DNA of 61,018 nucleotides from positions 1 through 61,018 of the IMG/VR virus record IMGVR_UViG_3300012209_000002; one strand, given 5' to 3'. This DNA comes from a virus. Lineage: Duplodnaviria; Caudoviricetes. Shown here piece after piece: positions 56,734 through 61,018 of this stretch. Position numbers and translations under genes: made by a program. The number at the start of each line of letters is the position of its first letter. Position 1 is the first letter of the stretch. The notes beneath the pieces are model-generated. The model saw only the letters and a program-made list of their open reading frames with translations. It did no database searches and had not been told where the DNA came from.

Positions 56734-57216
56734 ATGACAATTGCATTGCTGGCTGCCAAATTGATACAGAGCTTCGAGGGGGTCAAGCTGCGTTCGTATT
56801 TCGATAAAACCGGGAAAGTATGGACCGTGGGCTGGGGTCATACGGGTTTCGATGTCGAGCCGGGCATGGAAATCACTTTAGAGGAAGCAACAGGATATTG
56901 GATGGATGACAGCGCTCCCCTGATTGCGTTAGTCGAAGACCGCCCCTTGATCGAGGCCGCGGCTTTAGTCAGCTTTGGCTATAACTGCGGGATCGGAGCC
57001 TTGAAGCGCGTGCTCTCGGGCGAGATCGAGGTCACCCACGAGGAGTTCACGGTGCGCGACTCGCGGGCGCCCTATGGCGAGTTGTCGGGCGGGGTGAAAC
57101 TGGCGGGGTTGTACGCGCGGCGGCAACTGGAGGCGGCCTTGATCGAGGCGAGCCGGGAAATGCTGAGCCAGGAACCGATCCGCGAAATGCTACGGGGCGG
57201 GAAGGGGCCGACATGA
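56734..57216 (+). CDS. Endolysin, GH24 lysozyme
   Basis: FEGVKLRSYFD..VWTVGWGHT, ALVSFGYNCG, GLYARRQLE. Confidence 0.9.
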   Translation: MTIALLAAKLIQSFEGVKLRSYFDKTGKVWTVGWGHTGFDVEPGMEITLEEATGYWMDDSAPLIALVEDRPLIEAAALVSFGYNCGIGALKRVLSGEIEVTHEEFTVRDSRAPYGELSGGVKLAGLYARRQLEAALIEASREMLSQEPIREMLRGGKGPT

Positions 57217-57635
57217 TCCGCCCATTGACCCGCGCCGAAATCCGCCGCATGAAAAAGCTCTGGGCCAAAGTGCCGCCGATTACCGGCTGTAAGGGCCTCT
57301 GTTGGGAATCCTGCGCCAACGCTCCCATGCATCCCGTCGAAGCGCGGTATCTGGGAGCGAAGTATCCACGGCAAACTGGAGGCGTGGAACGGCTGTTGGA
57401 ACTGCCGATTTTGGGGCCGCGCGCCGAGACGCTGGAACCGGCCGACTGTCCGTTTCTCGTGAACCGGCGATGCTCGATCTACGAAGATCGCCCGCTAGTG
57501 TGCCGATTGTTCGGCCAGCCTTTATTGGGTCACTTGCGATGTCCATACGGCTGCGACACGACGCATAAGCTAACCGCACAGCAAGGCGCGGATTTGATGA
57601 CAGCGATGGCGCAAGCGGGAAACGAGGTTTCGTAA
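57213..57635 (+). CDS. YkgJ-like CxxCxxCC metal-cluster protein
   Basis: CKGLCWESC..CPFL..CSIYEDRPLVCRLFG. Confidence 0.85.
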   Translation: MIRPLTRAEIRRMKKLWAKVPPITGCKGLCWESCANAPMHPVEARYLGAKYPRQTGGVERLLELPILGPRAETLEPADCPFLVNRRCSIYEDRPLVCRLFGQPLLGHLRCPYGCDTTHKLTAQQGADLMTAMAQAGNEVS

Positions 57636-57637
57636 CA

Positions 57638-57859
57638 ATGCCTGGATATACGCGGGGAGGGTCGATGAGCACCTGGGAATCCTCCTGCGAGCTGGAGCCC
57701 GGCACGCCTCTGCCCCCGCCCTTCGAGCTGCTGAAGATCGGCGAGCTGCTGGGACGCACACCCGCAGGCAACTATCTCTACCGGGTGGGAATTGAGGGAG
57801 AGCCGGTTGCGGACAACGAAATGGAGTTTAGCAGAGAGGCGAAAGAGGTGCAGGAGTGA
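57638..57859 (+). CDS. Hypothetical protein
   Basis: Operon context. Confidence 0.5.
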   Translation: MPGYTRGGSMSTWESSCELEPGTPLPPPFELLKIGELLGRTPAGNYLYRVGIEGEPVADNEMEFSREAKEVQE

Positions 57860-58098
57860 AAATCGCCGTCTGGATTCACCGTCAAGGCCGCCACGAAACC
57901 CAATGGGGCACCTTGCGCGCCTGGATCCTGCAGGATGGCAGGCGTGGCGTAAATCTGCTGGCCGAGCATAAGCCGACCGATCTGGAAAACGCCAAACGGC
58001 AGATCCGGCACGCGCTGGAGCAAAAGCTGGGAAGCGTGGAAATCGAGTGGATGGGCGAGGGAGCGGAATCGCCAGTAACGAAGGAGGCGCATGAGTGA
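57856..58098 (+). CDS. Hypothetical protein
   Basis: GTGA-coupled. Confidence 0.55.
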   Translation: MKIAVWIHRQGRHETQWGTLRAWILQDGRRGVNLLAEHKPTDLENAKRQIRHALEQKLGSVEIEWMGEGAESPVTKEAHE

Positions 58099-58330
58099 TC
58101 CTCATCGACCGGAGATTTCATTAGTTGCCGATGAAGGCAGAGCATTTAGTTATATGGCAATTGAGTTGGACATGGGCGATCTCGATCGGTTATGCGCTCT
58201 CGGTTCGGTGGGATGGCATTGCATTGCCATCGACAAAGATTATGCCTTGTTGGAACGGGAAATACCGAAGCATCGGATTCAAGCAGTGAGACAGTATTAC
58301 GAAGAACGAAAAACAGAGGTAGGTCAATGA
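58091..58330 (+). CDS. Hypothetical protein (inserted cassette)
   Basis: AT-richer than neighbours; bounded by 21-nt near-identical direct repeats. Confidence 0.6.
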   Translation: MSDPHRPEISLVADEGRAFSYMAIELDMGDLDRLCALGSVGWHCIAIDKDYALLEREIPKHRIQAVRQYYEERKTEVGQ

Positions 58331-59110
58331 ATGATCCTCATCGACCGCCGCGAAGACGAGCAATTGACCCGCGAACTGGCTCGCTTCCACTTGCCCTTCG
58401 CCTGCGTCGAGTTGCCCTGGGGCGATTGCTCGTTCGCGGGCAAAGGGCCGGACGGTCCGCTCCTGATCGGCTTCGAACGCAAGCGCCTGCCCGATCTGAT
58501 CCATTCCATGCAGGACCGCCGCCTTGCCGGTTCCCAGCTCGTGGGCATGCGCCAGCTCTATGCCCGTGTCGGCCTGGTGGTGGAAGGACTGTGGCGCCCC
58601 GGCCAGGAAGGCACGATCGAGGTGCAGGATGGGCATGGAGAATGGGTCGAGTATTATCATCGGAAAAAGCAGGGGATTGCCTGGCGCCAGATCGACTCGT
58701 TCCTGCAATCGCTGGTGGAGCTGTGCGGGGTGGAGGTATGGCGCACGGCCACCGTGCGGGAGACGGCGCACTTGTACTGTTCCCGGTACCGCTGGTGGCA
58801 GAAAGACTATGCGCTACATCGCAGCCACCGGCAGATCCACGCGCTCGATCCACTGGCGGCGCGCGGGGGAAGAGTGGAATTCGGGCGCGAACCCAATGCG
58901 ATCGTGCGAGTCGCGGCGCAGATCCCCGGCATCGACCGGAAGGCGTGGTCAATTGGGGAACAGTTTGGGTCGGTGTGGGAAATGACCGATGCTTCGATAG
59001 AGCGCTGGGAAAGCGTGTGGTGGGACGACGGCAAAGGGAAGCGCAAACAGTTCTCGCGGGAGAGCGCGAGAAAGATCGTAGCGTGGTTGCGGGGATTGGA
59101 AGTCGCATGA
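58331..59110 (+). CDS. ERCC4-family structure-specific nuclease
   Basis: ILIDRRE, GDCSF, FERKRLPDL..S, LVVEG, HhH-like QIPGIDRKA. Confidence 0.88.
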   Translation: MILIDRREDEQLTRELARFHLPFACVELPWGDCSFAGKGPDGPLLIGFERKRLPDLIHSMQDRRLAGSQLVGMRQLYARVGLVVEGLWRPGQEGTIEVQDGHGEWVEYYHRKKQGIAWRQIDSFLQSLVELCGVEVWRTATVRETAHLYCSRYRWWQKDYALHRSHRQIHALDPLAARGGRVEFGREPNAIVRVAAQIPGIDRKAWSIGEQFGSVWEMTDASIERWESVWWDDGKGKRKQFSRESARKIVAWLRGLEVA

Positions 59111-59114
59111 GATC

Positions 59115-59192
59115 GGTCGCGTTGGTGTATCGAGCCGTGGACGGAGCAGAAGTCGCGTCGGAAAGTTCTCGGATGGAATTTGGTTGCGTCGG
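59115..59192 (+). repeat. Mini-repeats upstream of scaffold 4
   Basis: GGTCGCGTTGG at 59115, AGTCGCGTCGG at 59151, GGTTGCGTCGG at 59182. Confidence 0.55.
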
Positions 59193-59244
59193 GTTGATCG
59201 AGGAACGGATTTCGGGGAGCGAAGCAAGGATATTTACGGACTAC

Positions 59245-59392
59245 GGGCTACCGAACAAGCCCAGGCCGACTAACGCCGGGAACGCTTGCCGACCCGGTCG
59301 CGTTGGCGAAGGCGGTTCTCCGGAAAACCGGGGATGAAACGCTTGGGATAACCCGGCTGGAACCAACGCCGGGTCCGCCCCAGGAGTGACTG
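59245..59392 (+). ncRNA. Putative guide scaffold RNA copy 4
   Basis: Hairpin GGGCT/AGCCC with loop ACCGAACA; GCCGAC/GTTGGC; CCGGG/CCCGG enclosing AACGCTTGCCGA (59281-92); GGCGG/CCGCC; GGGATA; anti-repeat GAGTGACTG (59384-92). Confidence 0.75.
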
Positions 59393-59528
59393 ACTACCTC
59401 GCGGGAGGATTCGGCAGTGAACTCGGGTTGGAGTGTGGTATCGAAGAACGAGTTGAGTCGGGACCAGTAACGAGTCGCTAAGATTTAGTTACTTCGGAAT
59501 GTTCGTTCAAGTGCAAAAAGGAGAGCGC

Positions 59529-59921
59529 ATGGCATCGCCATCGAAAGACAGATTGAGACGCGCGAACGCGAGCAAACTGACTCCTGTCGAGTCCATGGAG
59601 AATCTGGAGACGCGCAAGCGCCTGGAGTCCCTGTTGCGGGAAGCGCTTGTCCTCAAGGTCCGTATGTCCGCCGACGAGGAGGATTTGGAGCGCATCAAGA
59701 CCGAGCTGGGCGGTCTCGTGCAAGCGCTCAATCTGGCTGGGGTGCGCTCGGGCCTGGTCGGGTTCGAGTGCTCGGGATGGCAGCGGCGCAGCAATCTGCA
59801 AAAGTCTCTGCTGGTGGATCTGCTCTCGCGTTATGGAGCCCCGCTGGAGGAGCTGGAGCGGTGCTACACGACCGGGGAGCCGTATCTGATGACCAGATTG
59901 CATGTGTTCGATGCGGAGTAG
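59529..59921 (+). CDS. Hypothetical protein
   Basis: RBS AAGGAG; 130 aa. Confidence 0.6.
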   Translation: MASPSKDRLRRANASKLTPVESMENLETRKRLESLLREALVLKVRMSADEEDLERIKTELGGLVQALNLAGVRSGLVGFECSGWQRRSNLQKSLLVDLLSRYGAPLEELERCYTTGEPYLMTRLHVFDAE

Positions 59922-59925
59922 AAAA

Positions 59926-60183
59926 ATGAACATTGAAAACATAAAACCTGGCGAGAAACCCGATTGTGTGATTGCGTTAAATAAAGACGATCCGTGTTAT
60001 CGGCCATCCGAGGGCGTAATCGACAATAAGTGCTTGCTATGCGAAGCCACTGTAGCACTGGATCGGGCTAGCCAAGCATTGATGCCTTTGCCGGTTTATT
60101 GTTTGACATGTTTCATGCAATTCAGAAACGCCAATGTTGTGATTAGAAGAGCAGCACCCGTGCATGTGTTCGATGCGGAGTAA
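59926..60183 (+). CDS. Small Cys-rich protein (inserted cassette)
   Basis: CLLC..CLTC; AT-rich; bounded by 22-nt direct repeats. Confidence 0.55.
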   Translation: MNIENIKPGEKPDCVIALNKDDPCYRPSEGVIDNKCLLCEATVALDRASQALMPLPVYCLTCFMQFRNANVVIRRAAPVHVFDAE

Positions 60184-60184
60184 C

Positions 60185-60228
60185 AGTCGCTTCGGTAAAA
60201 ACGATGTGGAGTAGGACAGTCATTTCGG
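60185..60228 (+). repeat. Two mini-repeats cognate to scaffold 4
   Basis: AGTCGCTTCGG at 60185 and AGTCATTTCGG at 60218, 22-nt spacer. Confidence 0.55.
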
Positions 60229-60250
60229 AACCGGAAAGTAAGTGAACGAT

Positions 60251-60511
60251 ATGCCCATGAAATCCCCCGCTGAAGATCAAGAAGAAGCTGCTCGGCTGAT
60301 TGGTTACGGGGCAATCTGGCTACGGCGCGTGGACAATTATGCCGTTGTGGAGATCGAACATGGCGGAGAATGGCATGAAATCGTTCGAGTAGCGATTGAC
60401 GAGAATTTCTCGCATTCGATTTATCCGGTTGGCATAATCTCGGTACTGGCGCGTAAGGGAGTATTGGAAACTAAGTTAGGCCAGCGATTGTGCAAGGCGG
60501 GACTGTTGTGA
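60251..60511 (+). CDS. Hypothetical protein
   Basis: 86-aa ORF. Confidence 0.5.
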   Translation: MPMKSPAEDQEEAARLIGYGAIWLRRVDNYAVVEIEHGGEWHEIVRVAIDENFSHSIYPVGIISVLARKGVLETKLGQRLCKAGLL

Positions 60512-60678
60512 TGCGGTTGAAGCGTTTATGGAACCGCCGGTTAGAGAATGTCCGGCTGCGTTTCAAACGAATCGCGGTCTGCCGCTGGAAAGGGCACCGC
60601 TGGATTCAGACTTACCGGCATCTGGAAGATTTGGAGCCTTTGTTCGTGTGTACCCGCTGTTACGAAGAGATGGATTGA
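60511..60678 (+). CDS. Small Cys/His protein
   Basis: CRWKGHRW..CTRC. Confidence 0.5.
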   Translation: MRLKRLWNRRLENVRLRFKRIAVCRWKGHRWIQTYRHLEDLEPLFVCTRCYEEMD

Positions 60679-60679
60679 T

Positions 60680-61018
60680 ATGTCCGTGAAATCCCCCGAA
60701 TCCCCCGAGCCCGATGTCGTCGCAGTCGAAGTCGTCTGCTGCGATTGCCGGAAGCGCCGCAAGACCAAACTCACCCCGGCCGGCAATCCGCGCACGCCCA
60801 TGGGCTGGCACAAGCACGACAAGGACGCCGAATCCGTGGTCTATTGCCCCGACTGCTGGGCCAAGCGCTATCTGCTCCGCGCCGTCGCCATGCCCATCGC
60901 CAGCCCCTACGGCTGCACCTGGGAAGAGTTGCGCAACGATCTCAAGCTGATGTGGCGTGAAACCACCCGCGCGTCCAACTGGCTCATGACCGAACTCTAC
61001 ACGCGCGATTGCCGGCGC
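60680..61018 (+). CDS. 5' part of the nuclease-dead TnpB/Cas12f-like protein, with N-terminal zinc finger
   Basis: MSVKSPESPEPDVVAVEVVCCDC...YCPDCWAKRYLLRAVAMPIASPYG runs in frame into position 1; missed by the ORF track. Confidence 0.8.
   Translation, partial: MSVKSPESPEPDVVAVEVVCCDCRKRRKTKLTPAGNPRTPMGWHKHDKDAESVVYCPDCWAKRYLLRAVAMPIASPYGCTWEELRNDLKLMWRETTRASNWLMTELYTRDCRR
60896..61018. repeat. Terminal overlap identical to 1-123
   Basis: Exact 123-nt match. Confidence 0.97.

Noticed and set aside
59304-59320. TGGCGAAGGCGGTTCTC resembles a conserved 16S rRNA segment
   Set aside because: Lies inside scaffold 4, with a variant in scaffold 3 and internal pairing partners; no other rRNA similarity

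Overview
The window is an apparently complete circular dsDNA phage genome of 60,895 bp; bases 60896-61018 repeat 1-123. It has a podovirus-like virion module on the minus strand (terminase, portal, scaffold, major capsid, adaptor/nozzle-like proteins, tail fibre/spike, ejection proteins). An early/replication module lies mostly on the plus strand (beta-clamp-like protein, P4/D5-type helicase with an iteron origin, RHH regulator, DinG, PD-(D/E)XK nuclease, RecT/Bet, ERCC4 nuclease, lysozyme). I saw no integrase or DNA polymerase. The genome appears to carry two independent RNA-guided systems with no recognisable active nuclease. (1) A 416-aa RuvC-dead TnpB/Cas12f-like protein spans the assembly junction. 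It is accompanied by four covarying copies of a ~120-155 nt scaffold RNA and dispersed arrays of 11-12 nt mini-repeats, and the repeat sequences covary with their nearest scaffold. (2) A standalone Cas7/RAMP-like gene is followed by a 5-nt-periodic GGY-NN RNA array (VIPR-like). One unit of that array, read as a gapped code, matches the -35 region of the gene's own promoter. Also present are a hammerhead ribozyme, a parS site, three homing endonucleases and direct-repeat-flanked inserted genes. All calls come from reading motifs by eye; no database searches were run.
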